A stretch of 64,000 nucleotides of DNA from an uncultured Gemmatimonadales bacterium (GCA_963851265.1 CAWKNZ010000002.1:1120001-1184000); one strand, 5' to 3'. Shown: positions 29,922-39,248, numbered from the stretch's first letter. Notes: generated by a model not told the origin, from the sequence alone. Translations and numbers: made by a program.

Positions 29922-30776
29922 GTGCCGCGCCGCGAAGGCGGGCTGCCCGCGCCCCGCAAACGATTCGGGCAGCACTTTCTGCGCGACCGTGCCGTGCTCG
30001 CGCGCATCGTCGACGCGCTCGCGCTCACCGGTACCGAGACCGTGATCGAGATCGGCCCGGGTCGCGGCGCGCTCACCGACCTGCTCGCGCCCCGCGCCGG
30101 CCGGCTCGTCGCCGTCGAGATCGACCGCGACCTCGCCGCGCACCTGCGTGCGCGCTACGCGGCCGATCGCCACGTCGAGATCGTCGAGGGCGACGTGCTG
30201 CAGCTCTCGCTCGCGGCGCTGGCGGGCCCGGAGTACGTGCTCGCCGGCAACGTGCCGTATTACATCACGACGCCGATCCTCTTTCACGCGCTCGCCGTGC
30301 CGCGCCCGCGGCGCGCGGTGTACCTCGTACAGCGCGAAGTCGCGGACCGGCTCGTCGCCGAGCCCGGCGGGAAGACGTACGGCGCGTTAGGCGTGAACGT
30401 GCAGGCCGTCGCGTCGGTCGAACTCGTCGTGCGCGTGCCGCCCGGCGCGTTCGCGCCTCCTCCGCAGGTGGATTCGGCGGTCGTCCGCGTGACGCCGCGC
30501 GCCGACCCCGTGGTCGCGCCGGATGAAGAGGCGCGCTTCCGGCGCTTCGTCCAGGCCGCCTTCGCGCTCCGCCGCAAGCAGCTGCGGCGCGTGGTGCGCA
30601 CGATCGGCGGGCTCGACGCCGAGGCCGCCGACGCGATACTGAACACCGCCGGGGTCGACCCGGACGCGCGCCCCGAGACGTTGACGGCTGCCGAGTTCGC
30701 CGCGCTCGTGCGCGCCGTCGCGGCCGGCGGTGGTGCGACGGGCACGCCCCTTCCGGCGCTGCCGGGCGGACCCTAG
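29922..30776 (+). CDS. rsmA: 16S rRNA adenine dimethyltransferase
   Basis: RKRFGQHFL, EIGPGRG, NVPYYIT. Confidence 0.96.
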   Translation: MPRREGGLPAPRKRFGQHFLRDRAVLARIVDALALTGTETVIEIGPGRGALTDLLAPRAGRLVAVEIDRDLAAHLRARYAADRHVEIVEGDVLQLSLAALAGPEYVLAGNVPYYITTPILFHALAVPRPRRAVYLVQREVADRLVAEPGGKTYGALGVNVQAVASVELVVRVPPGAFAPPPQVDSAVVRVTPRADPVVAPDEEARFRRFVQAAFALRRKQLRRVVRTIGGLDAEAADAILNTAGVDPDARPETLTAAEFAALVRAVAAGGGATGTPLPALPGGP

Positions 30777-30790
30777 GTTCTCCGACAACA

Positions 30791-30890
30791 CGACCGGGGT
30801 GCCCACGCGACTCGCGCACGATGCGAGGCTCGCGCCGGGCTGAGAAAAACCCGTAGAACCTGATCCGGTTCGCACCGGCGGAGGGAGTCG
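30791..30890 (+). ncRNA. TPP riboswitch
   Basis: GGGGTGC...GCTGAGA...ACCCG..GAACCTGATCCGG...CCGGCG.AGGGA, with P1 formed by cgac/gtcg. Confidence 0.92.
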
Positions 30891-30958
30891 CGTCATCGCG
30901 TCGAGCGGGCACACGTCGTCCGCGCGCGCGATCGCAGGGGAGCCGTCGCGCCCCGGCC

Positions 30959-33142
30959 GTGTTCGCGTCGTTCCGCGCGCCCGCATCCGGCGGACGTGCA
31001 GGACGGCGGCGTCATGTCCGGACCTCTGTTTTCGTGTCGCTCCGTCGCCGTCCTCTCACACCGCGCCCACCTCATGGCGCGACGCTCCTGCTCGCCTGCC
31101 TTGCCGCCCCGTGCGCCTTGCGCGGGCAGGGCGCGCCCGCCGGCTCGGTCGCGCGCCCCGACAGCACGCCACGGGACTCGTCGCGCGCGCGCAGGCTCGA
31201 AGGCGTCACGGTGCGCGCGGTCCGCTCGGGCGCCGCCGTCGCGCAGACGACGCTCGACGCGCCCGCCATCGCGCGCACGTACACCGGACAGGACGTTCCG
31301 CTCGTGCTGCAGCAGGCCGCGAGCGTGAGTACGTACAGCGAGAGCGGATCGCAGAACAACTACTCGTATTTCCGGCTGCGCGGCATCGACCAGTCGCGCA
31401 TCAACATGACGCTCGACGGCATTCCGCTCAACGAGCCGGAGGACCAGGAAGTGTACTTCTCGGACTTCCCCGACCTCGCGAGTTCGTTGCGCAGCGTCCA
31501 GGTACAGCGCGGCGTCGGAACGAGCAGCTTCGGCCAGGCGTCGTTCGGCGGGTCGGTGAACCTCGAGACCGTTCCGTTAGTCGCGACGCCGCGGGGCGGT
31601 GAGGTGCAACTCGGCGGCGGGTCGTTCGGCGCCGCGCGCGCGAACGCGTCGTACGCCACCGGGCTCCTCCCCAGCCACTTCGCCTTCGCCGGCCGGTTCT
31701 CGAACCAGAAGGAGACCGGGTATCGCTACGGGTCGGAGCACTCGGGGAACAGCCAGTTCCTGACCGGCGCGTACTTTGGCGCGCGAGACCTCGTCAAGCT
31801 GACGCTCCTCACCGGCGTCGAGTCCAACGGGCAGGCGTACGAGGCCGTTCCGCTCGCCGAACTCCAGGTCGACCCGCGCGTCAACCCGCTCGCGGGCGTC
31901 GGCGACCGGTTCCGCGAGAGCATGGCGGCCCTCACATACACGCGCGTGCTGTCGTCGTCCGCCACGCTCTCGACGACGGCGTACGGATTCCGCGCGGGCG
32001 GCACCTACGACTACCCGTCCGATAGCGCGCACGCGCCGTACCGCTACGGGCTGCAATCGCGCTGGGGCGGCGTGCTCACCACCCTGCACGCGACGCGCGG
32101 ATCGGCCACGCTCGATGTGGGGGCGCACGCGAACGCGTACTCGCGCGACCACACGTTCGCGGACCGACCGGACCTCGACGCGCCAGCGTACGCGAACCGC
32201 GGCTACAAGTCGGAACAGAGTGCCTTCGGCAAGGTCTCGTACGCGCTGGGCAACGCCACGCTGTTCGGCGACCTGCAGCTGCGTGAAGCGGCGTTCCGCT
32301 ACCGACCGACGGCGGGCAGCACCGTGCCCGACGCGACCGCCGCGTGGCGGTTCGCGAATCCGCGCGTTGGCGCACGCTATCGAGCCGCGCCGGCGCTCAC
32401 CGTCTCGGCGAGCTACGGCACATCGGGGCGCGAACCGACGCGCGCGGACCTGCTCGCCGGCGCGGACGACGTCTCGCCGCAGGACGTCGATTCGCTGCTC
32501 CCGCTCACGCGCGTCCGCCCGGAACACGTCGGCGATCTGGAGCTGGGCGCCGACGTTCGCACGGGCGGACTCGTCCTGCACGTCGGCGCGTACGACATGC
32601 GATTCCGCGACGAGATCGCCCTCACCGGCCGCACCACGCCGCTCGGCTACGACATCCGGACCAACGTCCCGTCGAGCTCGCGGCGCGGCGTCGAGATCGA
32701 GGGACAGTACGCGATCACGACGACCCTGTCGGTTGGCGGCTCCCTGGCGCGGAGTCGTAACCTGATCTCGCAATACCGCGACGATGCCACCGGCGACGTC
32801 TTCACCGACGTGCCGCCGACGCTCACGCCGGCCGCCCTCAGCACGCAGCAGGTGACGTGGGCACCGGCGCACTGGCTCATCCTCACCGGCGACGGGCGGT
32901 ATCAGGGCCGCACGTTCCTCGCACCGTTCGGCGACCCGCGTCTGACGACGCCGCCGTTTTTCGTGCTCGCAGGTGGTGCCACGCTCCGTATCGTGGGTCG
33001 CGAACTGCTCGTGCAGGGGCGCAACCTGCTCGACCGGCGGGCGTACCCGTCGGGCGACGTGAGCGGCGACGGCGTCCCGCGCTACTACATTCTCGCGCCG
33101 CGGAACGTGGTCGTGAGCCTGCGCCTCGGCTTCGGTCAGTAA
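30959..33142 (+). CDS. TonB-dependent receptor, probably for thiamine
   Basis: Plug motifs (RLRGIDQSRINMTLDGIPLNEPED, VQRGVG), beta-barrel, NLLD...Y near the C-terminus; follows the TPP riboswitch. True start may be GTG 31034. Confidence 0.88.
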   Translation: MFASFRAPASGGRAGRRRHVRTSVFVSLRRRPLTPRPPHGATLLLACLAAPCALRGQGAPAGSVARPDSTPRDSSRARRLEGVTVRAVRSGAAVAQTTLDAPAIARTYTGQDVPLVLQQAASVSTYSESGSQNNYSYFRLRGIDQSRINMTLDGIPLNEPEDQEVYFSDFPDLASSLRSVQVQRGVGTSSFGQASFGGSVNLETVPLVATPRGGEVQLGGGSFGAARANASYATGLLPSHFAFAGRFSNQKETGYRYGSEHSGNSQFLTGAYFGARDLVKLTLLTGVESNGQAYEAVPLAELQVDPRVNPLAGVGDRFRESMAALTYTRVLSSSATLSTTAYGFRAGGTYDYPSDSAHAPYRYGLQSRWGGVLTTLHATRGSATLDVGAHANAYSRDHTFADRPDLDAPAYANRGYKSEQSAFGKVSYALGNATLFGDLQLREAAFRYRPTAGSTVPDATAAWRFANPRVGARYRAAPALTVSASYGTSGREPTRADLLAGADDVSPQDVDSLLPLTRVRPEHVGDLELGADVRTGGLVLHVGAYDMRFRDEIALTGRTTPLGYDIRTNVPSSSRRGVEIEGQYAITTTLSVGGSLARSRNLISQYRDDATGDVFTDVPPTLTPAALSTQQVTWAPAHWLILTGDGRYQGRTFLAPFGDPRLTTPPFFVLAGGATLRIVGRELLVQGRNLLDRRAYPSGDVSGDGVPRYYILAPRNVVVSLRLGFGQ

Positions 33143-33738
33143 GACGGAGCGAGCGGGGGGTCGAACATAGTCGCCACGGCCGCGAGCACCGCGTGCACGC
33201 GCGCGTCGCCCAGCCCGCGAATCAGGAGCCAGCGGCAGTCGAGCGAGTCCAGGGTGCGCGCGAATGCGTCGCGCAAGCCCGCGCGTGCGTGCGGTCGGTC
33301 GCGCTGTTCGTCTGCCTCCCATGCGACGTCGACGTCGCAAAGCAGGTAGAGATCTGCGCGCCGCCGTGACGCGGCGTCGACGATCCACGGCGGGCAGGCG
33401 CCGTAGTAGTGTCGCGCGTACACGACGGTGCTCACGAGGTCCGTGTCGCGGACGACCAGCGTGCACCCACGCCCCTCCGCGCGCGCGGCGGCGGCGTCCT
33501 CGCACGCGATCTGCGCGCGGGCAATTGGCTCCACGTCTCGCGCGTCCAGTAGGGCGTCGGGCGGTGCCGCCGGGCCCAGTTCGGCGCGCCGAGCCGCGGC
33601 GTACGCCCGCGCAGCCTCGGGCGACAGCTCGCCGCCGTACGCGCGGGCGAGCGCGACAGCTAGCGTCGATTTCGCGGTGCTCTCCGGTCCGGTGAGCGCG
33701 ACGACACGCCGCCGCGCCGGCCCGACCGCGCTCGCGTC
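33136..33738 (-). CDS. NadR-like (AAA_28) ribosylnicotinamide-kinase-type ATPase, start codon not identifiable (possible pseudogene)
   Basis: The frame continues upstream of the tracked ORF: VVALTGPESTAKSTLA...PEAARAY...DTDLVST..Y...LYLLCDVDVAWEADEQR. Confidence 0.75.
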   Translation of the reverse strand, partial: DASAVGPARRRVVALTGPESTAKSTLAVALARAYGGELSPEAARAYAAARRAELGPAAPPDALLDARDVEPIARAQIACEDAAAARAEGRGCTLVVRDTDLVSTVVYARHYYGACPPWIVDAASRRRADLYLLCDVDVAWEADEQRDRPHARAGLRDAFARTLDSLDCRWLLIRGLGDARVHAVLAAVATMFDPPLAPSY

Positions 33739-34363
33739 AGTCGTCGCGGTTCCGGAGTGCGTAGCTCAGCCCCTCGAGCTCCATCGCCATGTTGACGTTC
33801 TTGAGCGTCACGCCCGCGGGTACCTGCACCTGGGCCGGCGCGAAGTTGAGGATCGCGCTGATGCCCGCGCGCACGATCCGGTCGACCTCCGGCTGCACGT
33901 CGTCGGCCGGGATCGCGAGCACGGCGATGTCCGGGCGGTCGCGTGCCGTGTCCGATTCGAGATCGGCGATCGGGCGGACCACCTGATCGTCCCACCGACT
34001 CCCGATCTTACGCGGATCGTTGTCGTACACCGCGACGACGCGGAACCCGCGTTGCGCGAAGCCGCGGTAGGCGGAAAGCGCGGAGCCGATCTTCCCCGCG
34101 CCCACGATCACCACCTTCCACTCGCGCCCCAGTCCAAGGATGTCCTGGAGCTTGGCCGTCAGCTCGGCGACCGAGTAGCCGAGGCCGCGCGTGCCGAACG
34201 AGCCGAAGAACGAGAGATCCTTTCGCACCTGCGCCGACGTCGTACCGGCGTAGTGCGCGAGATCTTCGCTCGAAGTCGTAGCGCCGCCGCGAGCGGCGTG
34301 CTCTTCGAGGTACCGGAGGTAGACCGAGAGTCGGCGGACGGTCGAGTCGGCGATGTGCTTCAC
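33737..34363 (-). CDS. rex: Redox-sensing transcriptional repressor Rex
   Basis: TVRRLSVY, QVRKDLS.FG.FG.RGLGY, VGAGKIG, NFAP. Confidence 0.96.
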   Translation of the reverse strand: MKHIADSTVRRLSVYLRYLEEHAARGGATTSSEDLAHYAGTTSAQVRKDLSFFGSFGTRGLGYSVAELTAKLQDILGLGREWKVVIVGAGKIGSALSAYRGFAQRGFRVVAVYDNDPRKIGSRWDDQVVRPIADLESDTARDRPDIAVLAIPADDVQPEVDRIVRAGISAILNFAPAQVQVPAGVTLKNVNMAMELEGLSYALRNRDD

Positions 34364-34412
34364 GAGAGGCTGGCGGTCGAAGCGGCCGCGGTCGCGCGTG
34401 GCCGCGCCGAGC

Positions 34413-34430
34413 TTGTGAAATCCTTCACAA
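34413..34430. promoter_or_regulatory. Rex operator
   Basis: TTGTGAA-ATCC-TTCACAA matches the Rex consensus TTGTGAA-N4-TTCACAA exactly. Confidence 0.9.
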
Positions 34431-34534
34431 GATAGCCCGGATGGCGCGATGCTTCTACCCGCGCGCGTTCGGCGCACCGTTCGACGGCGCGGGCGAGCGC
34501 CGAATCGCGCGCGAACCCGCTTAGCTTGCAGCCG

Positions 34535-35764
34535 ATGTCCGTGTCCGTCGGCTCCGAAATTGGCGCGCTGCGACGCGTGCTCGTGCACACTCCCGGGCCC
34601 GAAGTGCTCGCGGTGACGCCCAGCACGCGGGAAGATTTCCTCTACGACGACATCATCGACCGCGAGAGCGCGCGGCGCGAGCACGAGCAGTTGGCCGCGG
34701 TCCTCGCGCGGTACGCCGAGGTGCACCAGCTCCGCACGCTACTCGGCGAGGTGCTACGCGACGCCGACGTACGCACGGCGTTGCTCCGCGAGGCGCTCCG
34801 CGCGTTGGTCTCCGGTCCGCCCGCGGACGAGCTCTGCGCCCTTCCGCCCGACGCGCTCGCCGACGCGCTCATCACGGGGTACGCCGCCGAACCCGGCCCG
34901 CTCGCGCGCGCCCTCAACGAGCCCACCTACGCGCTTCCGCCGCTTCCCAATCTGTTCTTCACGCGTGACACGGCGATGGTCGTCGGAGGCCACGTCCTGC
35001 TCGGCGCCATGCGCTACGGCGCGCGGTGGTCGGAAGGGCTCATCATGCGGTACGTGTTCGCGCACCATCCGGCGCTGGCCAACCGCGGGCTGCTGTACGA
35101 TGGGTCGGTCGAGCGGCGACACGGCCACACGCTCGAAGGCGGCGACGTGCACGTGCTCACGGACGACACCGTGATGATCGGATTCTCGGAGCGGTCGAGC
35201 CCCGCGGCCATCGACCATCTCTGCGAGCTGCTCTTCGCCGAGGGCGGCGTCGAGCGCGTCATCGTCGTCGTCATGCCGGCCGAACAGACGGCGATCCACC
35301 TCGACATGATCTTCACCCAGGTCGGCCGCGGCACGTGCGTCGTGTACCCGCCGCACTTCGTCGGAGCGAAACGGTTGCCCGTACTGCTCCGGCACCGCGG
35401 CGATGCCACTCTCGCGACGATGCCCGACGTCTTCGCGGCGCTCCGCGCGTGCGGGCTGTCGCTCGACCCCGTGCTGTGTGGCGGGCCCCGGCGCGCGTCG
35501 CAGGACCGTGAGCAGTGGGCGTCCGGCTGCAATTTCGTCGCGGCTCGCCCCGACGTCGTGCTGTCGTACGAGCGGAACGGGGAGACGCTGCGTGCCCTCG
35601 ACGACGCCGGATTCCGCGTCGTCAGCGCAGCGGACGTGATCGCGTCGTCCACCGCGCCGCCGGAGGGCACGCCGACCGTCATCACGATCGCCGGCGGTGA
35701 GCTCGTCCGCGGCGGCGGCGGTCCGCGCTGCATGACGTGCCCGATCGAGCGGGACGCGCTGTGA
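34535..35764 (+). CDS. arcA: Arginine deiminase
   Basis: SEIGALRRVLVH.PG, PNLFFTRD, EGGD, HLD, GGGGPRCMTCP. Confidence 0.92.
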   Translation: MSVSVGSEIGALRRVLVHTPGPEVLAVTPSTREDFLYDDIIDRESARREHEQLAAVLARYAEVHQLRTLLGEVLRDADVRTALLREALRALVSGPPADELCALPPDALADALITGYAAEPGPLARALNEPTYALPPLPNLFFTRDTAMVVGGHVLLGAMRYGARWSEGLIMRYVFAHHPALANRGLLYDGSVERRHGHTLEGGDVHVLTDDTVMIGFSERSSPAAIDHLCELLFAEGGVERVIVVVMPAEQTAIHLDMIFTQVGRGTCVVYPPHFVGAKRLPVLLRHRGDATLATMPDVFAALRACGLSLDPVLCGGPRRASQDREQWASGCNFVAARPDVVLSYERNGETLRALDDAGFRVVSAADVIASSTAPPEGTPTVITIAGGELVRGGGGPRCMTCPIERDAL

Positions 35765-36810
35765 CCCGTGGCGTTGGCGTTCGCCCGTCGGACACACTCC
35801 TGATCGAACGGGCGCGCGACCTGCTCCGGGGCGGGCCGGCTTCCTCGACCGAGCTCGTCACGCGTGTCTGTCAGCTGCCGTCGGTAGCGCCGGCCATCGC
35901 CGAACGCCTCGCGGATGAGCTCCTCGGGGCGCACCCGGACTTCGTACGCGGCGCCGACGGGCGCTGGGCGAGCGCTGCGGGTGGCGTACCGGCGGTCCCG
36001 ACCTTCGACGAGTGGCGCGCGGCTCGGGCCGCTGCCCCCGCCGCGGACCGCCGCTCGCCGCGCCCGGCGCGCTCGGCGGCTGGCACGCCGGCGGTGGCCG
36101 CACCCACGCCGGCGTTGCCGGGCGACGACGACGCGCTCGACGCGCTCCCCTACATCGTCGTGGACGTCGAGACGACGGGCGGCAGCCCGGATCACGGGCA
36201 CCGGATCACCGAGATCGCCGCGGTCGTCGTCGAGCGCGGGGAGGTGCGCGACGTGTACGAGACGCTCGTCAACCCCGAGCGCGGCATTCCCCCCGAGATC
36301 ATGCGACTCACGGGGATCTCGTGGGAGATGGTGCGCGACAAGGCGCCGTTCGGCGCGGTCTGTGACGACGTGGTCGGCGCGCTCGAGGGGCGCGTGTTCG
36401 TCGCGCACAACGCCGCGTTCGACTGGCGGTTCGTGACGGCCGAGGTCGCGCGCAGCTCCGGCCGGCAGCTCGACGGCCGGCGACTCTGCACGGTTCGGCT
36501 GGCGCGCAAGCTGCTGCCACAACTGCGAAGCCGGTCGCTCGGGTACGTGGCCGAGTGGTATGGGGCGACGAAGTTCGCCGAGACGTACTTCGAGGCACGT
36601 CACGGGCGCGAGCGCCCGTGGCGTCACAGCGCGGCCGGGGACGCCGTGGCGACCGCGCACTGCCTGCTGCGACTGCTGAGCGACGCGGCCGACCACGGCG
36701 TGACCACATGGGGTGCGCTCGACCGGTGGCTCGCGGGCGGCACCGGCACCGCCCGTCGCCGCCGCCGGAGCGCGATGCCGACCGGAATTCGACGCGACCC
36801 GGAGGCGTGA
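35761..36810 (+). CDS. DEDDh 3'-5' exonuclease (DnaQ-like) with N-terminal extension
   Basis: VDVETTG, AHNAAFD, HSAAGDA. Confidence 0.88.
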   Translation: MTRGVGVRPSDTLLIERARDLLRGGPASSTELVTRVCQLPSVAPAIAERLADELLGAHPDFVRGADGRWASAAGGVPAVPTFDEWRAARAAAPAADRRSPRPARSAAGTPAVAAPTPALPGDDDALDALPYIVVDVETTGGSPDHGHRITEIAAVVVERGEVRDVYETLVNPERGIPPEIMRLTGISWEMVRDKAPFGAVCDDVVGALEGRVFVAHNAAFDWRFVTAEVARSSGRQLDGRRLCTVRLARKLLPQLRSRSLGYVAEWYGATKFAETYFEARHGRERPWRHSAAGDAVATAHCLLRLLSDAADHGVTTWGALDRWLAGGTGTARRRRRSAMPTGIRRDPEA

Positions 36811-36814
36811 CGGT

Positions 36815-37717
36815 GTGACGACGAATCCCACCTTTCCTCCCGCCAGCACCCGCGTCCAGACGCGCCGCGTCGGGCGGCTCACGGTGCACGCTATCCACGC
36901 CGGCGTGCAGCAGCTCGACGGCGGCGCGATGTTCGGGGTGGTGCCGAGGCCGCTCTGGGAACGCAAAGTTCCGCCCGACGCACGCAACCGCATTCCACTC
37001 GCGATGCGCTGTCTCCTCGTCGAGCACGACGACGGGCTCGTGCTCGTCGACGCGGGCATCGGCAACAAGGACGACGCCAGGTTTCGCGAGATCTACGGCG
37101 TCGCGAACGCCGGTGCGGGCGGCCGGACCTGGCTCGAGGATGGCCTGCGAGCGTTAGGGCACGCGCCGGAGGACGTACGACTCGTCATCAACACGCACCT
37201 GCACTTCGACCACGCGGGCGGGAACACGTACCGTGACGAGGACGGGACCGTGCGCCTCGCGTTTCCCAACGCGCGCTACGTCGTGCAACGCGGCGAGTAC
37301 GTCTATGCGACGCATCCGAACGAACGGACCGCGGCGAGCTATCTGACGCCGAACGTCGCGCCGGTCGAAGCGGCCGGGCGCTTCGACCTGATCGAGGGCG
37401 AGGTCGTGATCGTGCCCGGCATCCGCGCGCTCCCCACGCCCGGTCACGTTCCCCACCATCAGAGCGTGCTGGTCGAGAGCGAGGGCGAGGTCGCGTGCTT
37501 CCTCGGCGACGTGGTGCCCACGTCGGCACACCTGCCGCTACCCTGGATCATGGGCTACGACGTCGAGCCGCTCGTGACGCTCGAAAGCAAGCGCTGGCTG
37601 CTCGCGCGCGCCGCGGCCGACGATTGGGCCGTGGTGTTCGAGCACGATCCCGTGGTGGCGTGGGGTCGCGTGGTACACGACGGCCGGCAATACGCGCTGC
37701 GTGACGCCGCGGGCTGA
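36815..37717 (+). CDS. MBL-fold metallo-hydrolase (YtnP-like)
   Basis: LDGGAMFGVVP, THLHFDHAGG, PGH, MGYD. Confidence 0.9.
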   Translation: MTTNPTFPPASTRVQTRRVGRLTVHAIHAGVQQLDGGAMFGVVPRPLWERKVPPDARNRIPLAMRCLLVEHDDGLVLVDAGIGNKDDARFREIYGVANAGAGGRTWLEDGLRALGHAPEDVRLVINTHLHFDHAGGNTYRDEDGTVRLAFPNARYVVQRGEYVYATHPNERTAASYLTPNVAPVEAAGRFDLIEGEVVIVPGIRALPTPGHVPHHQSVLVESEGEVACFLGDVVPTSAHLPLPWIMGYDVEPLVTLESKRWLLARAAADDWAVVFEHDPVVAWGRVVHDGRQYALRDAAG

Positions 37718-37742
37718 GCATCGGTCGTGACGCGGATAGGCC

Positions 37743-37771
37743 TTGACCGGCTCGGCGCGCTCGGCTAACCT
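37743..37771 (+). promoter_or_regulatory. Sigma70-like promoter of the infC operon
   Basis: TTGACC-17 nt-TAACCT. Confidence 0.65.
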
Positions 37772-38003
37772 CTTGGGTCACAATGCGCGAAGTGGGGCGA
37801 CGCGCGCGCTCGTGCGTCTGCCCCCACCCTCCGGCCCCGCGGCGATTCCGATCGCGGGTGTGCTGTAGGAGTTCTGGCGACTGCCACGCGTTCTGCCCGT
37901 GCCGTCCTGAAGCGAATGCGACGGGGCGCGTCGTGGCAGGGCGCGTGCGCTCCGCGACGCAACGCGGCCCGTACGAATTCGTGCGGGCCGCGTGCATCGA
38001 CGA

Positions 38004-38049
38004 GGCGCGAGCTCCGGGGGTCCGGAGCTCGCGCCGTTTGCGTTTTCCC
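38004..38049 (+). terminator. Terminator/attenuator-like hairpin in the infC leader
   Basis: 14-bp stem ggcgcgagctccgg / ccggagctcgcgcc followed by gtttgcgtttt. Confidence 0.55.
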
Positions 38050-38067
38050 CCTCGAGGAGCACGGCGT

Positions 38068-38583
38068 ATCCAGGACACGACGAAGCGCGTCCGCGTCAAC
38101 CGGCAGATTCGCATCAGCCCGATCCGCGTGATCGCGGCCGACGGCAGCCAGCTCGGGATTTTGGAGGTCGAAGCCGCCCTCCGCATCGCCGAAGAACAGA
38201 GCCTTGACCTGGTCGAGGTGGCACCGCTGGCTCGTCCGCCCGTGGCCCGCATCATGGACTACGGGAAGTTCAAGTTCGAGCAGGCGAAGCAGGCGCGCAC
38301 GGCCAAGAAGAAGCAGCACGTCATCCAGCTCAAGGAAGTCAAATTCCGGCCGGGGATCGACGAGCACGACTTCGAGACCAAGACGCGTCACGCCCGCCGC
38401 TTCCTCGAGGAAGGCAACAAGGTCAAGGTCACCCTCATGTTCCGTGGCCGCCAGATCACGCACCCCGAACTCGGGCGCGCGGTGGTCACCCGCGTCGCGC
38501 AGGAGCTCGCCGACCTCGCGAAGGTCGAGAGCGACGCCCGCCTCGAGGGCAAGGCGATGACCATGATCCTCACCCCGAAATAA
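38068..38583 (+). CDS. infC: Translation initiation factor IF-3 (ATC start)
   Basis: [37 protein letters not shown] precedes ATC. Confidence 0.95.
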   Translation: MQDTTKRVRVNRQIRISPIRVIAADGSQLGILEVEAALRIAEEQSLDLVEVAPLARPPVARIMDYGKFKFEQAKQARTAKKKQHVIQLKEVKFRPGIDEHDFETKTRHARRFLEEGNKVKVTLMFRGRQITHPELGRAVVTRVAQELADLAKVESDARLEGKAMTMILTPK

Positions 38584-38602
38584 TCAAGGAGCCGGCGTAG
38601 CC

Positions 38603-38803
38603 ATGCCGAAGATGAAGTCGCACCGCGGCGCGAAGAAGCGCTTCTCGGTCACCGGGACCGGGAAGGTGAAGCGCGCGAAGGCCTACAAGAGCCACATCCT
38701 CACCAAGAAGTCGCCCAAGCGGAAGCGCAACCTGCGCCGCAACACGACCGTGGGCACCAACGGCGAGGCGAAGGTGCTCAAGCGCCTGCTGCTCGCCTCC
38801 TAA
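38603..38803 (+). CDS. rpmI: 50S ribosomal protein L35
   Basis: [20 protein letters not shown]. Confidence 0.97.
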   Translation: MPKMKSHRGAKKRFSVTGTGKVKRAKAYKSHILTKKSPKRKRNLRRNTTVGTNGEAKVLKRLLLAS

Positions 38804-38840
38804 CGCCACCGTCGCGACGCGAATCACAGGAGCCTAGACG

Positions 38841-39248
38841 ATGCCACGCGCAGTCTCGAACGTCCCGCGCCTCAAGCGCAAGAAGCAGATCATGGAGGCC
38901 GCGAAGGGCGCGTACGGTGCGCGCTCCAAGCTCTGGCGGCCGGCCAAGGAAACCGTCGAGCGCGGCTGGCGCTATGCCTACCGCGACCGCAAGAACAAGA
39001 AGCGCGACTTCCGCCGCCTCTGGATCGTGCGCATCAACGCCGCCGCACACCAGCACGGCATGAGCTACTCGGTGTTCATCAACGGGCTCAAGGCCGCCGG
39101 CCTCGAGATCGACCGGAAGATCCTCGCCGACGTCGCCGTCCGCGATCCCCAGGCGTTCGGCGTGATCGCCGACCAGGTCCGTGCGGCCATCGAGCGCGGC
39201 GATCGCGAGGGGCACGCCGCGAACACGATCCAGGCGTCGGCCGCGTAG
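38841..39248 (+). CDS. rplT: 50S ribosomal protein L20
   Basis: [30 protein letters not shown]. Confidence 0.97.
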   Translation: MPRAVSNVPRLKRKKQIMEAAKGAYGARSKLWRPAKETVERGWRYAYRDRKNKKRDFRRLWIVRINAAAHQHGMSYSVFINGLKAAGLEIDRKILADVAVRDPQAFGVIADQVRAAIERGDREGHAANTIQASAA

